Source: Gemmatimonadales bacterium (lineage in GTDB: Bacteria > Gemmatimonadota > Gemmatimonadetes > Gemmatimonadales > GWC2-71-9). Taken from it: a stretch of 64,000 nt of DNA. Position 1 is the first letter of the stretch. Each line of letters begins with the position of its first letter. Below the pieces are notes generated by a model, which had not been told where the DNA came from, searched no databases, and was given only the letters and a program-made list of their open reading frames with translations. Location of the stretch: NCBI GenBank assembly GCA_041615815.1, contig JBFJCP010000013.1, positions 42,704-106,703 on the forward strand, written 5' to 3'. Shown in pieces: positions 39,732 through 50,399 of the stretch. A program made the position numbers and the translations under genes.

Positions 39732-40943
39732 CTAATCCAACGACATTGCGGCCACTCGCACTCCGCCGCGCTCTCCCGGCACCGTCCACGCGATCACGAT
39801 CTCGTCTCCCGCCCGAACCATTCGGGGGAATCCGGCTGCTCGGCCGTCCTCGGTCAACGCCACGACCCAGGAGGTTCCTGTCGGTCCGTCGCGATGCACC
39901 ATGCGCGCGCGCACTTGCCCGACCCCGCCGGAGACAGCCAGCCAACTCACGAGCGCGGCTTCCGCACTCACCCAGACCACGTCCACCCGTCCCCGGGGGG
40001 TGCCCTCGTCGTCCACGCGCATCGGCTGCCCGAAGGATGCCCCGCCGTCATTCGAGAACGCGACGCGGACCTTGGCCGAGTCGTTGGGTGAAGTAAACCA
40101 GGCGATGACGACGGAATCCCCAAGGGCGTCGAGCTGGGGACCGTTCACGGGACAGCCGGGGAAGTGCCATCGATCGTCACCCACGATCATCGGTACCGTC
40201 CAACGGCCGTTCACGTACCGCACGACTGCCACGTCGCGAATCTCATCGGTGGATCGGTCTCGGTAGGCTGCAAGCAGACCGTTGCTGGTTTTGACCATCG
40301 ACGTCGTGCAGCACTCGCACGTACGATCGTCGAGCAACACGTCTGGTAACGGGATCCCGTCCGCTCCCAACATCGTCGCTCGAACGGTCATCGCGCCCGG
40401 CGGCGCCTCGTGGGTCGTGGCGTCATAGCCGTCCATGGCCCGTCCATCCAGCCAGATGAGCGCCGCGCCACCGGACCAGGGAGCCATGGATACGAATCCG
40501 TGTTCGGTGGGCGAGCGATCCCCGTGCGGCACCACTGGGTCACTCCAGCTAGCCCCGCCGTCCAGCGAGCGCACGAGCTTCACGTGATACGCATATGGAC
40601 TTTCGGCCGTCTTCTCGAGCCAATGCACCACCCACGATCCGTCCTCGAGTTCGGTGATGGAGGGGAAGTCCGCCCAGTTCACGAAGAAGGGCCGTCCTTC
40701 AACCACCGTTCGTGGCGGCGACCACCCGCCTCGTTCTCGCGTGGCGACCCGCAGAGCATGGCTAGTGTCGCCAACTCGCTCGAACCAGGACATGAGCACG
40801 CGACCATCGGCCGTGGCGAACAAGTTTGGCTCGCCACTCCCTGCTGGTCCGGAGAACTCGACGGTGACCTGGGGCGCACCGCCGCAGGCTGCAACCACGG
40901 AACAGGCCGCGACGACGATTGATCGTTGGAGTGCGTTCGACAT
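39732..40943 (-). CDS. BNR/sialidase-like beta-propeller lipoprotein
   Basis: VAAC lipobox; FVNWADFP, SLDGGASW, TCECCTT, GCPVNGP, SNDGGASF. Confidence 0.85.
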   Translation of the reverse strand: MSNALQRSIVVAACSVVAACGGAPQVTVEFSGPAGSGEPNLFATADGRVLMSWFERVGDTSHALRVATRERGGWSPPRTVVEGRPFFVNWADFPSITELEDGSWVVHWLEKTAESPYAYHVKLVRSLDGGASWSDPVVPHGDRSPTEHGFVSMAPWSGGAALIWLDGRAMDGYDATTHEAPPGAMTVRATMLGADGIPLPDVLLDDRTCECCTTSMVKTSNGLLAAYRDRSTDEIRDVAVVRYVNGRWTVPMIVGDDRWHFPGCPVNGPQLDALGDSVVIAWFTSPNDSAKVRVAFSNDGGASFGQPMRVDDEGTPRGRVDVVWVSAEAALVSWLAVSGGVGQVRARMVHRDGPTGTSWVVALTEDGRAAGFPRMVRAGDEIVIAWTVPGERGGVRVAAMSLD

Positions 40944-41171
40944 GGGATGCCACTCGGTGTTGGACGAATTGTAAGGGAAACAGCTGGGAAACGTGCGGGA
41001 AGTCAAGGAGAGCACTTCAGCGATTCCGGCGGTCCGTGGCGAAAGGCACTTCTGCCACTCCTGCCGCCTGTTGTCACTTCTTCCGCTTCTGCCCATCCCT
41101 TACTCAGTTGCGCGCGTACGGTTCCCTCGCCACCCTTTACATCTCAATCACCTTTCTGATCAGGAGCCTTC

Positions 41172-41723
41172 ATGACTCGACTCGCCCTCGCGGCAGTACT
41201 GGTGCTCGCCCATCCTGCCACGGTGCTCGCGCAACAGACGAGCCCCACGGGCGGTGAGGTTCCGCCGGCCAAGGCATCGGACGTCCAATCCGTGGATGCC
41301 ATCATCGCGGCGCTGTACGATGTCATCTCTGGACCCGCGGGCGAAAAACGTGATTGGGACCGGTTTCGCTCCCTGCACTTGCCCGAGGCGCGTCTCATCC
41401 CAACCGGCTTCCCTCAAGGAAGCGATCGTGCGCGCGCGCGTGTGATGACCGTCAATGACTACGTCACCAACAGCGGTCCGTTTCTCGAGGAGCGGGGCTT
41501 CTTCGAGGTCGAGGTGGGTCGTGTCACCGAGCGGTTCGAGAACATCGTCCATGCTTTTTCGACCTACGAGTCGCGCTGGAACCCGGACGACGCTGATCCC
41601 TTTCAGCGCGGTATCAACAGCATCCAGCTGATGTGGGATGGCGAGCGATGGTGGATCACGAATATCATGTGGCGCGGGGTGGGGCCGGAGTTCGAGATTC
41701 CGGGGAAGTATTTCAAGAAGTAG
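41172..41723 (+). CDS. Secreted NTF2-like hypothetical protein
   Basis: AGGAG RBS; signal peptide; LYDVISGPAG.RDWDRF, HAFSTYE, RGINSIQL. Confidence 0.85.
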   Translation: MTRLALAAVLVLAHPATVLAQQTSPTGGEVPPAKASDVQSVDAIIAALYDVISGPAGEKRDWDRFRSLHLPEARLIPTGFPQGSDRARARVMTVNDYVTNSGPFLEERGFFEVEVGRVTERFENIVHAFSTYESRWNPDDADPFQRGINSIQLMWDGERWWITNIMWRGVGPEFEIPGKYFKK

Positions 41724-41810
41724 GCGGGATCGGCGGGATCGGCAGGATGCGTGACATGGATGGCGTGGCCGACGTTTCCCCTGGTGTCCACCCATCCCGC
41801 CTATCCCACC
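41723..41810. repeat. Inverted pair of 9-mer arrays between convergent genes
   Basis: GGCGGGATC GGCGGGATC GGCAGGATG ... CATCCCGCC TATCCCACC. Confidence 0.7.
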
Positions 41811-41814
41811 TCCT

Positions 41815-42438
41815 CTAAAACCCCACTTCCAGCCCGAACCGTGCCGTGGTCACTTGAATTGGCACGTCGTTGCGGCGTACCTGCCGATCGAAGCGCTGAA
41901 ACTCGTACTCGCCCAGGACCCGAATGCGACCGTTGGCGGTGCCGATGGCGGTCCCGAGACTCAGCTCCACGGAGAGGCCGGCGGTACCGCCGCCGCTGAA
42001 CTGCGGTGCCAGGAGATAGGCTCCCCGAGCCCACACGGTCGCGATCTGGGCGAGCGGATACTCGGTGAGGATCCCGATACGAACGAGCCCCACCTCTTGG
42101 GACGAGAAATCCGGATCGATCCACCGCCGGCCAGCTCCCACCTCCAAGGCGATCGACCGTGCCACCAGCACACTCGCGCGCCCATCCACTTGCACGACAT
42201 CGAAGGATGCCGCATCGGCGCGGTCGGGATCGAGCTGGGCGTAGTATCCGCGGGCCTCGAAACCGATGCGGCCAAACCGCACGGCGACCAGCCCACCGGC
42301 CCCGAGGCCGTTGGCACTCAGTTGATCGGTAATCTCGTTGTGGGTGACCGCCACACCGTGGACCCCAATTCGCACGGTCTGCGCCTCGACCGTCGCGGTC
42401 ACCACAAGGGCGGCCAATCCAACCAGCGCGACCCTCAT
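41815..42438 (-). CDS. Outer-membrane beta-barrel protein
   Basis: Signal peptide MRVALVGLAALVVTATVEAQ; amphipathic strands; terminal FGLEVGF. Confidence 0.8.
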   Translation of the reverse strand: MRVALVGLAALVVTATVEAQTVRIGVHGVAVTHNEITDQLSANGLGAGGLVAVRFGRIGFEARGYYAQLDPDRADAASFDVVQVDGRASVLVARSIALEVGAGRRWIDPDFSSQEVGLVRIGILTEYPLAQIATVWARGAYLLAPQFSGGGTAGLSVELSLGTAIGTANGRIRVLGEYEFQRFDRQVRRNDVPIQVTTARFGLEVGF

Positions 42439-43460
42439 GACCCTCCCGGGGTGGCTGGTGTGACAGTGAGGGTAATCTGTCGGCGCCTCAGCGCGTTTTG
42501 TCTCGCGATCTCGACGTTCTGCTGGGCGACTTGCTCCCGCAACAATTGATTGAACAGGATGTTGGCGGGGACCGGACGCGGGTCCGGTTTCCGTACGCTC
42601 ATCACGAGGCCGGTGATGAGGGCTCCTGCGCTCACGCTGACGATGACCGGTCGCACCCCACCGCCCAGTGCCCGATCCTCCAACGCGAGGGTGGCGGCGC
42701 TCGTCAGTCCGGCATACAGCGCCGCGATGCCGAGGGGCCGAAAGTCTCGGGGTGGAGACACCATCTCCGGAAGCTCGGTGTAGCCCTCGAGACTCGTCAC
42801 ATGCGGCATCGTATCCACTGGCGAGTGCGCGACGAGAATCGGTTCGGTGGCGGAGAACTCGTTTCGCCCTTCGATCGCGGTGACGATCACCTGGTAACTG
42901 CCAGCCGCCGCCGGCCCGCCGTCCGGGGCGAGGGCGCGCCACCGAATCTGCGTGGGACCCGCGACCAGCTGGGAGTCGACGACGGCATCGAAGTCCGGTC
43001 CCACGATGCGCGTGATGGCCCGTCCCGGACGCGTGAGCTCGAAGCTGATGGGAACGCTGCCGTCCCCGGCCACGAACGCCGCCGAATCGACCGTCAGACG
43101 TCGCACGACTAGCACGCGGCCGAGCGCCTCGCGATACAGACTGGCAATCGTGGGGGAAACCCGCTCGATGTCCGGTTCCCAGTCCGGTTCCAGAAAAATC
43201 AGATCGCGAAAGGTATCGCGCGCTTGTTGCGAGGAGTCGAGCACGCCGTAAGAAAAGGCTAGGACTTCATACGCCGCAATGCGGTCCTTGGTGCTCAGTC
43301 GCTCCTGGAGGGCCCGACGCGCAGCGGCGATGGCGCCCGGAAAGTCGAGCGCATCGTAGGAGTTCTTCGCGCGCGCGACAGCCGGATTCTCAGCCTCCTG
43401 CGCTCCAAGGGACGCCAGCGGGCACACCACCAAGACGAGCGCGAGGAGTTTCCGCATCAC
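42435..43460 (-). CDS. Secreted TPR-like protein with FlgD-Ig-like domain and hydrophobic hairpin
   Basis: Signal peptide; AKNSYDALDF..AI helix pairs; WRALAPDG..AAAGSYQVIV; C-terminal hydrophobic pair. Confidence 0.75.
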   Translation of the reverse strand: MMRKLLALVLVVCPLASLGAQEAENPAVARAKNSYDALDFPGAIAAARRALQERLSTKDRIAAYEVLAFSYGVLDSSQQARDTFRDLIFLEPDWEPDIERVSPTIASLYREALGRVLVVRRLTVDSAAFVAGDGSVPISFELTRPGRAITRIVGPDFDAVVDSQLVAGPTQIRWRALAPDGGPAAAGSYQVIVTAIEGRNEFSATEPILVAHSPVDTMPHVTSLEGYTELPEMVSPPRDFRPLGIAALYAGLTSAATLALEDRALGGGVRPVIVSVSAGALITGLVMSVRKPDPRPVPANILFNQLLREQVAQQNVEIARQNALRRRQITLTVTPATPGGS

Positions 43461-45094
43461 TGCTGTGACTCCCGAATGAGCGCGCGACGGAGCGTAGTGG
43501 TACTCCCAGGATTCACGACCACCGTGGCAGTGATCGGGACGTACCCTTCACGGCGGATGGTGACCTCGTGGGAGCCGATGGGAAGCTCATGCTGGAACAC
43601 CGGCGTATCACCGATCTCGACACCGTCCACGAAGACTGTCGCGAAGCTCTGCTCGCCGTTCTCTGTGACCCCCACCGTGAGGAATCCGATGCGCGGAGTT
43701 GCCGGCGGCGAGGGCGTCTGTGCCGGACTCGATACCGGTCGTTGGACCGGGCGTGCTGGCTCTTGGCGTGGTGGTGGCGATGACGCAGGCTCGGTGACCG
43801 GTTGCGCAGCCATCGTATTGGCCGTATCCGACATGGCAACCGTCGCCGAGTCGACCGTGTCGATCGCCGAGCCGCCGAGCGTTGAGTCAGGCGTATCGAT
43901 CATGGCCGTCTGGGTTGGCTGGGTGTTGGGCCCTTCGGTCCCACGCAACAAGTTCAGGGGATCATCCAGCAACAACGTGGCACCGGCGACTCCGCCACCA
44001 GCCACGACCAAGAGGGTCCCGAGGACCGCCGCCACCTTCAGTCCACGGCGCTTCGGTTCCTGCGGAGACGGCGACGTGATCTCGGTGGCGGCGTCGAGCG
44101 ACGTCCGGGGGAACGAACCGCCAGAGACCGAGTAACTCCGCACGGGATGCTCTGGCCATACCGCGGTGGCGAACTCCTCCATCGTAGCAAATCGATCGTC
44201 GATATCCTTCACCAACGCACGAGCGATCGCCTCTCGCACGAACTCGGGCGCGTCGGGCCGGAACATCGCGAGTGGCGGTGGCATCTCGAAGATGTGCTTG
44301 TAGATGACGGTATGGACCGAGTCGTCCATGAACGGGAGCCGGCCAGCCAACATCCGATACGCCACCACACCCAACGAGTACTGGTCGGTTCGCCCATCAA
44401 CGGGAATCCCCTTGGCCTGCTCGGGACTCATGTAGTGCGGCGTGCCGATCACCTGTCCGGTGGTGGTGAACCCGTGAGCGGATTCCAGCGCCTTGGAAAT
44501 ACCGAAGTCCGTCACCATGGCGCGACCGTGATCATCGATCATGATGTTGGCCGGCTTCACATCGCGGTGCACGACCCCCCGCTGGTGCGCGTGTCCCAGC
44601 GCGCAGGCGGACTCCCAGAGAATCCGTTGGGCGAGGTCCACCGGGAGGGGACCGGACTGCAGGAGCTGATCGAGCGTGCGACCGGTCACGTACTTCATGA
44701 CGAAGTAGTTGATCTCGTCACTGCTCTCGACGGCGTAGATCGGGATGATGTGCGGATGGTCCAGCTTGGCTGCCGTTCGGGCCTCGTGCTCGAATCGCTG
44801 ATAGAACTTCTTGTCTTCGGACAGGTCCGGGGGGAGCACCTTGATCGCCACCGGTCTGTCCAACGACAGATCCGTGGCAAGAAAGACCGCGCCCATGCCA
44901 CCTCGTCCCAACAGTTCTTTCACCTCGTAGTGCCCCTTGGTCGACGCCTGCAGCCGGATCATGAGATCCGCCGACGACCCGAGACTCACCCGTGGGCTCG
45001 AACCCGGATCCTCGGTGTCCGCGCCACAGGTCGGGCAGAACCGGCTGCCCTGGGGCATCAGCGACTGGCAGTGAATGCAGTTCACGGCCGCCAC
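43457..45094 (-). CDS. Ser/Thr protein kinase with N-terminal zinc ribbon, TM and C-terminal PEGA domain
   Basis: CIHC..CPTC; GRGGMGAV, HRDVKPAN, DFG, GTPHYMSPE; TM; VFVDG..IGDTP...GSHEVTIRREGY. Confidence 0.93.
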   Translation of the reverse strand: MAAVNCIHCQSLMPQGSRFCPTCGADTEDPGSSPRVSLGSSADLMIRLQASTKGHYEVKELLGRGGMGAVFLATDLSLDRPVAIKVLPPDLSEDKKFYQRFEHEARTAAKLDHPHIIPIYAVESSDEINYFVMKYVTGRTLDQLLQSGPLPVDLAQRILWESACALGHAHQRGVVHRDVKPANIMIDDHGRAMVTDFGISKALESAHGFTTTGQVIGTPHYMSPEQAKGIPVDGRTDQYSLGVVAYRMLAGRLPFMDDSVHTVIYKHIFEMPPPLAMFRPDAPEFVREAIARALVKDIDDRFATMEEFATAVWPEHPVRSYSVSGGSFPRTSLDAATEITSPSPQEPKRRGLKVAAVLGTLLVVAGGGVAGATLLLDDPLNLLRGTEGPNTQPTQTAMIDTPDSTLGGSAIDTVDSATVAMSDTANTMAAQPVTEPASSPPPRQEPARPVQRPVSSPAQTPSPPATPRIGFLTVGVTENGEQSFATVFVDGVEIGDTPVFQHELPIGSHEVTIRREGYVPITATVVVNPGSTTTLRRALIRESQQ

Positions 45095-46725
45095 GATCGA
45101 ATCGCCTCCGGGAGGGCTCGCCCGGGTGTGGCCATCGTCTTCGCTGCCTCGCGTTTGGCTCGGAGTTGTTGGAGATCGGCCGCACTGAGCACCGCCGGGG
45201 TAGGGATAGCTCCGGCGGGCGGCGCGGTGAACGTGGTATTCATCGTGTATCCCACGGGTACACCGGCAAAATCGAATACAACCAAGAAATAGTCACCCGG
45301 ACCCAGAAACTGCGTGATGCTTTCGCTGGGACCGGCATTTGTTTCGGCGTTGACGAGCACGAGGGAATCGGGCCGGAAATCGGCAATCAGGTACAGATCC
45401 AGATCGGCTTCGGCCGTGCCGTCTGTCGTGGCGGTCACATCGAAAACTTGCCCACCCCCCGGAACGGTAAACCGATACCAGTCGATATCGTGCGGATTGT
45501 CGATCGTGAGCGAGACGTTGCCCAGCGGGATGTTGCCTGCCACGTCACAGTAGTCGTTTTCCTCTTCACTGTCGCGAGCAAGCCCAGCGAGAGAAGCATA
45601 CGCCGGGAAGATCAGGAGCTCGTAGGAAGCCGCGTCGCCCTGCGGGACGTACGGGATGAAGATATGGTACGTGCCCGCAGGAAGATCGCCCAGCGCGACA
45701 AGGGTGAAGGGGAACGGAATCTCGGCGAAGGCGACGGGCTCACCACCAGCGGCCGCCGATCTCACCTGCAGACCGTCGCACTGGTATGTCTCGCGTCCGA
45801 TGGTCCAGGCCGAGCTCCCGAACGCAAAGTCGAACGTCGTCCCATCCCATGCGATGGAGTCCGTGAGAAGCGTGATGAAGGTCTCTGCGCCCACCATCTC
45901 CGAGAAGACGAGGATGGTCCGATCGGCGGTTTGCGTATTGGTGAACGTGTACCAGTCGACGGCCGCCTCCGTCTCCGTCCGGGCGCGAGACTCGAAGGCC
46001 AATCCAGGATTGCGAAAGCCCAGGGGGACGGGTCCGAGGCTAGCCGGGATGGTGTCGTTGAATTCGAAGAGATCCCGCTGAATGACGTTGATCGTATCCG
46101 GAAAGAGCAACCCACCGTTGAAGCCGAGGACGAACAGTTGTGACTTTGGTGTCGCGGGTGGTGGCGCCCACACGAAGAGCCGGCCCAGACCGTTGCGTCT
46201 CGCGGGATCGACGGGAACGTACTCGAAGATCTCTGCTTCCACGCCCCCAATTTGGACCACAAACAGCGACTCGGGACTCAAGCCAACACCAGAGATCTCC
46301 AGCAGATCGCCGAACCAAGCGTTGCCAGGTGCCCGAAGGGCGTTCAGGTTCCGGATGCTATCGATCTCCAGGACCCCACGCACCTGCGCCACCTGCATCG
46401 CGGGTGGCGCATTGTCGTATCCGATGGCGCGTGCCACCACGTTCGCCGTGCCGACGCCGACCGCGAGCAGCCGGCCCCCCTGCGTGACGCTCACGACCGC
46501 GGCGTTGTCGGATTCGTAACGGATGACCGCGTTGCGCACTTCTCCACCACCCGCTTCCATCAGCCGCGCGCGCAGTTGGAGAGTGTCCTGGATGAACAGG
46601 TTTGGGAGGGCCACCATCTCGACGCGGAGCTCATCTGACCGATCGGTAGGTAACAGACAACCTGCCGCTCCCGAGACTGTGAGAGCGGCGAGTAGAGTTC
46701 CCCGACGCGCCAATCCGTGCAACAT
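45082..46725 (-). CDS. Lipoprotein with Ig-like (Big_2) and PPC-like domains
   Basis: Lipobox AAGC; YESDNAAVVSV; DWYTFT, DIDWYRF, DLDLYL, GDYFLVV. Confidence 0.8.
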   Translation of the reverse strand: MLHGLARRGTLLAALTVSGAAGCLLPTDRSDELRVEMVALPNLFIQDTLQLRARLMEAGGGEVRNAVIRYESDNAAVVSVTQGGRLLAVGVGTANVVARAIGYDNAPPAMQVAQVRGVLEIDSIRNLNALRAPGNAWFGDLLEISGVGLSPESLFVVQIGGVEAEIFEYVPVDPARRNGLGRLFVWAPPPATPKSQLFVLGFNGGLLFPDTINVIQRDLFEFNDTIPASLGPVPLGFRNPGLAFESRARTETEAAVDWYTFTNTQTADRTILVFSEMVGAETFITLLTDSIAWDGTTFDFAFGSSAWTIGRETYQCDGLQVRSAAAGGEPVAFAEIPFPFTLVALGDLPAGTYHIFIPYVPQGDAASYELLIFPAYASLAGLARDSEEENDYCDVAGNIPLGNVSLTIDNPHDIDWYRFTVPGGGQVFDVTATTDGTAEADLDLYLIADFRPDSLVLVNAETNAGPSESITQFLGPGDYFLVVFDFAGVPVGYTMNTTFTAPPAGAIPTPAVLSAADLQQLRAKREAAKTMATPGRALPEAIRSWRP

Positions 46726-47048
46726 CACCCCTTCCTACAGTATAGCCTGGCGAACATCCGCTATTGCCTTTCCGGTGTCAAGCCAACTGCGTCACATTTC
46801 TAACATCTTGCCGCTCTGAAAGTTAAGGCTGGCAGACGGCCGGACCGGCGGACGGGCGGTTACCGGCGCGCAAACGGGCCACCCGGAATGGCGAGGGCCA
46901 GGACAGAGCCACGGCCCAATGTACATAACCCTATATGGGGGCGTTGGTTCGAACTTCATTCTGCCATCGACTCGTGATCGCCCGTCGCATGGTGCGCGTC
47001 GTGCCAACCCCTCTAGCCGTCTCGCCACTGCGATGCTATTTCCCCCGC

Positions 47049-48983
47049 ATGTCGTCCATCGCGTGGTCTCCCCCGCCCGAACTCGTCGAGCACGCCAACG
47101 TCACCCGGTTCATGACCCGCCACGGCATCGGCGACTTCACTTCCTTGTATCGGCGATCGGTGGACGATCCCGAATGGTTCTGGGACGCGGTGGTCGATGA
47201 TCTCGGGATTGAGTTTGCGGAGCCGTACACGGCCGTCATGGATGCAAGCCGCGGGGCGCCATGGACCGACTGGTTCTTGGGGGGGCGCCTGAACATCGCG
47301 GCGAATTGTCTGGACAGACATCTGCGCACCGATCGCGCCGACGCGCTCTGTCTCGTCGCGGAGCGCGAGGACGGCCAGGTGTGGCAGTACACGTTTCGTG
47401 AACTCGCCGAGGCGGTGGACCAGTGCGCAGCCGCGCTGCGGGCTCGCGGCATCGGCCCGGGGGATCGCGTGGCCGCCTACATGCCGATGGTAGCCGAAGT
47501 CGTGATCCAGATGCTCGCCACCTTCAAGGTGGGCGCCATCTTCATCCCGATCTTCAGCGGCTACGCTCCGGCCGCGGTTGCGGAACGGCTCCAGGCCGCC
47601 GAGGTGCGGTTGGTGTTCACGGCGGACCGCTCGGAGCGACGTGGCAAATCAGTTCCCATATGGGCGACAGCCACTGAAGCCGTGAACATGTCACCGACGG
47701 TCCAGTGCGTGGTCGTCGTTCGTGGCTACGACGATACGATCCCTTTCCCAGAGGGGCGCAATGTCGATTGGCGGACGTTCTTGGGCGAGGGAGAAGACTC
47801 GAGCACGCTGATGCTGCCATCGATGGATCCGGCACTGATCCTCTACACCTCGGGTACGACGGGACGCCCCAAGGGGACCGTGCATAGTCATGCTGGCGCA
47901 CTGCTCCAGATCACGAAAGAGGTGGGTTATTCATTTGACATGAAGCCGACCGATCGTTTCTGGTGGCTCTCTGACATTGGATGGATGATGGGCCCGTGGA
48001 TGATCATCGGTGGGTTGTTTCATGGTGCCTCCATCGTGCTCTTCGATGGAGCATTCGACTGGCCGTCACCGGATCGTTTGTGGGAGATGCTCGAACGGCA
48101 TCGTGTTTCGGTGTTCGGGATCTCGCCCACTGCCGTTCGCCTGGCTATGCGCGCCGGCACCGAACACGTCACCAAGCACGACCTTTCCCGACTGCGCATT
48201 CTCGGCTCGACGGGCGAACCGTGGGACGAGAAGTCTTGGTGGTGGTACTTCGAACACGTAGGCCAGCGCCGGTGCCCCATCATCAATATCTCGGGTGGCA
48301 CCGACATCATCGGCGGGTTCTTGGTTCCGCTGCCGATCCATGAGCTCAAGCCGTGCAGCCTGGTGGCGCCGGGACTCGGCATGGCGGTTGACGTGTGGAA
48401 CGAGCAGGGCCAGCCCGTGCGCGGCGAGGTGGGATACCTTGTCGCGACCAAGCCAGCCCCGTCCATGACCCGTGGATTTTGGAACGACCCGCAGCGATAT
48501 CTCGAGTCGTACTGGTCCAAATGGGAGAACGTATGGAATCACGGCGACTGGGCGTTCATCGACCAGGACGGCCACTGGTTTCTTCACGGCCGCGCGGACG
48601 ACACGCTCAAGGTTGCCGGCAGGCGAATCGGGCCTGCGGAGGTGGAAGGGGCCCTCATCAAGACGGGGAAGGTGAGTGAAGCGGCTGCCATCGGTGTGCC
48701 GCACGAGATCAAGGGCGAGGGCATCGTGTGCTTCGCCGTCTTGCGCCCCGGAGTCGAGCCAAGTGACGAGCTTCGACAGGAGTTGGCGCAGGCGGTCGTG
48801 GATCAGTTGGGAAAGATCGACCGACCGGAGAACGTGCTGTTCGTGACCGACCTGCCCAAGACGCGAAGCGCGAAGATCTTGAGACGCGTCGTCAGGGCCA
48901 AATACCTCGGGGAACCCGATCTGGGAGATCTGAGCTCGCTCCAGAACCCGGACGCGCTGGAGGCGATCGCGCAGGCCACGTAG
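47049..48983 (+). CDS. Acetyl-CoA synthetase-like AMP-forming acyl-CoA ligase
   Basis: YTSGTTGRPKG, STGEPW, SGGTD, GRADD, PKTRSAKILRR. Confidence 0.92.
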   Translation: MSSIAWSPPPELVEHANVTRFMTRHGIGDFTSLYRRSVDDPEWFWDAVVDDLGIEFAEPYTAVMDASRGAPWTDWFLGGRLNIAANCLDRHLRTDRADALCLVAEREDGQVWQYTFRELAEAVDQCAAALRARGIGPGDRVAAYMPMVAEVVIQMLATFKVGAIFIPIFSGYAPAAVAERLQAAEVRLVFTADRSERRGKSVPIWATATEAVNMSPTVQCVVVVRGYDDTIPFPEGRNVDWRTFLGEGEDSSTLMLPSMDPALILYTSGTTGRPKGTVHSHAGALLQITKEVGYSFDMKPTDRFWWLSDIGWMMGPWMIIGGLFHGASIVLFDGAFDWPSPDRLWEMLERHRVSVFGISPTAVRLAMRAGTEHVTKHDLSRLRILGSTGEPWDEKSWWWYFEHVGQRRCPIINISGGTDIIGGFLVPLPIHELKPCSLVAPGLGMAVDVWNEQGQPVRGEVGYLVATKPAPSMTRGFWNDPQRYLESYWSKWENVWNHGDWAFIDQDGHWFLHGRADDTLKVAGRRIGPAEVEGALIKTGKVSEAAAIGVPHEIKGEGIVCFAVLRPGVEPSDELRQELAQAVVDQLGKIDRPENVLFVTDLPKTRSAKILRRVVRAKYLGEPDLGDLSSLQNPDALEAIAQAT

Positions 48984-49048
48984 CAGTGAAGTGAGGAGCG
49001 AGACGTGACGGATCGAGCATACCGCCACGGGCCCCTAGCTCCGAACAC

Positions 49049-50257
49049 CTACTTCAACGCCCCAAACGCCTCTCTCGCGGCCTGCATGCCTTCCACGATG
49101 TGCTCGTCCGGTGTGGCAAAGGAGAGTCGCAGGTATCCGTCCTGCATGAATCCGGTCCCCGAAGCGGTCACGACACCGGCTGTGAGAATCAAGTACTCGG
49201 CGACGTCATCCGAATTGCGGAGCACCGTGCCGTCGGGTGTGCGCTTTCCAAACGCTCCACGCACATCCCAGAACGAATAGAACGCGGCCGGTGAGGGCCA
49301 CACCTCGATGTGGGGGACGTCCTTGACCCGCTCGAGCAGTAAGTCGCGTTTCTGCTGCAGGTCGGCCTTCAGCTCGGGATCGTACGCGTGTGATATGGCT
49401 GCCAGAGCCGAGTATTGGGTGGGAACCGCAGGCCCCGACGTATAGTGGCTCTGGAGGTTTACCATGGCCGTAGTCAGGTCCCGAGGCCCCACGGACCACC
49501 CGATCCGGAGACCGCCGGTGCGACGAAAGTTCTTCGAGATACCGTCTACCTGAATGAGCCACGGTTTGGTCTCGTCATCCACGCGCGGTTCGGGGTAGGT
49601 GCCCCCATCGAAGGTGAGTCGCCAATACAACCGGTCCAGTACGAAGTAGACGCGATGCTCGACGCACACCTGCAGCAGCGATTCCACTTCTTCCTCGTCG
49701 TACAGCTGCGCAGTGGGATTCACCGGGCTGTTGAGGAGGAAGAGCTTGCTGTGCGGTCGCGCGGCGAGGTTTCGACGCAGATCGTCGGCGGTCACCTTCA
49801 GGTAGTTGGCCGCGCCCGCCGCGGGAAGGACCATGATCGGAGATGCATAGGACGCCACGGCCAGCGGTTGATAACTCACCCACGGAGCGGCATCGAACAG
49901 CACGGTGTCGGCGGGGTTGCAGATGGCGAGGAAAATATTAAAGAGGCTCTGCTTGGCCCCGGCGGTGATCACGACGTCCTCGATCCCGTACTCACCGCCC
50001 AGGTTCAGCCAATCCAGCACCGCCTGGCGGAGCTCCGGAACACCGGCGGGATCGCCGTACATCGTATGACCTTCGCGATAGGCGCGCTCTCCCGCCTCGC
50101 GGATGTGCGGCGGAAGGACGCCCTTGGTCTCACCGAGCCCGAAGTCATAGACCGGAAGACCGTGCGATGTGCGCTCAGCCGCTAGGCGTTTCAGCTCCAG
50201 CGTAAGGGACGGTCGAAATTTTGCGAGCTTTGCCGAGACGCGTTCGCTGTCGAGCAT
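49049..50257 (-). CDS. Class I/II PLP-dependent aminotransferase (aspartate aminotransferase-like)
   Basis: TAGAKQSL, NSPVNPT, D.LY, ISKNF..GLRIGW, YLRLSFAT. Confidence 0.9.
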   Translation of the reverse strand: MLDSERVSAKLAKFRPSLTLELKRLAAERTSHGLPVYDFGLGETKGVLPPHIREAGERAYREGHTMYGDPAGVPELRQAVLDWLNLGGEYGIEDVVITAGAKQSLFNIFLAICNPADTVLFDAAPWVSYQPLAVASYASPIMVLPAAGAANYLKVTADDLRRNLAARPHSKLFLLNSPVNPTAQLYDEEEVESLLQVCVEHRVYFVLDRLYWRLTFDGGTYPEPRVDDETKPWLIQVDGISKNFRRTGGLRIGWSVGPRDLTTAMVNLQSHYTSGPAVPTQYSALAAISHAYDPELKADLQQKRDLLLERVKDVPHIEVWPSPAAFYSFWDVRGAFGKRTPDGTVLRNSDDVAEYLILTAGVVTASGTGFMQDGYLRLSFATPDEHIVEGMQAAREAFGALK

Positions 50258-50291
50258 GTGGGGTGGGCCGTTAAGGGACGGGATAAGTTAG

Positions 50292-50363
50292 AGCAGGGGC
50301 GGGAGAGGCGGCAGGGGTAAACCCGTTCCGCTTCTTCATCTCCTTTCGCTACTTCCGCCTCTT
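50292..50363. repeat. Inverted pair of degenerate 9-mer arrays
   Basis: GCAGGGGCG GGAGAGGCG GCAGGGGTA ... CCGCTTCTT CATCTCCTT TCGCTACTT CCGCCTCTT. Confidence 0.6.
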
Positions 50364-50399
50364 TATCTTTCGCCCGCCACCGATCCCAATGAGGTCCCC

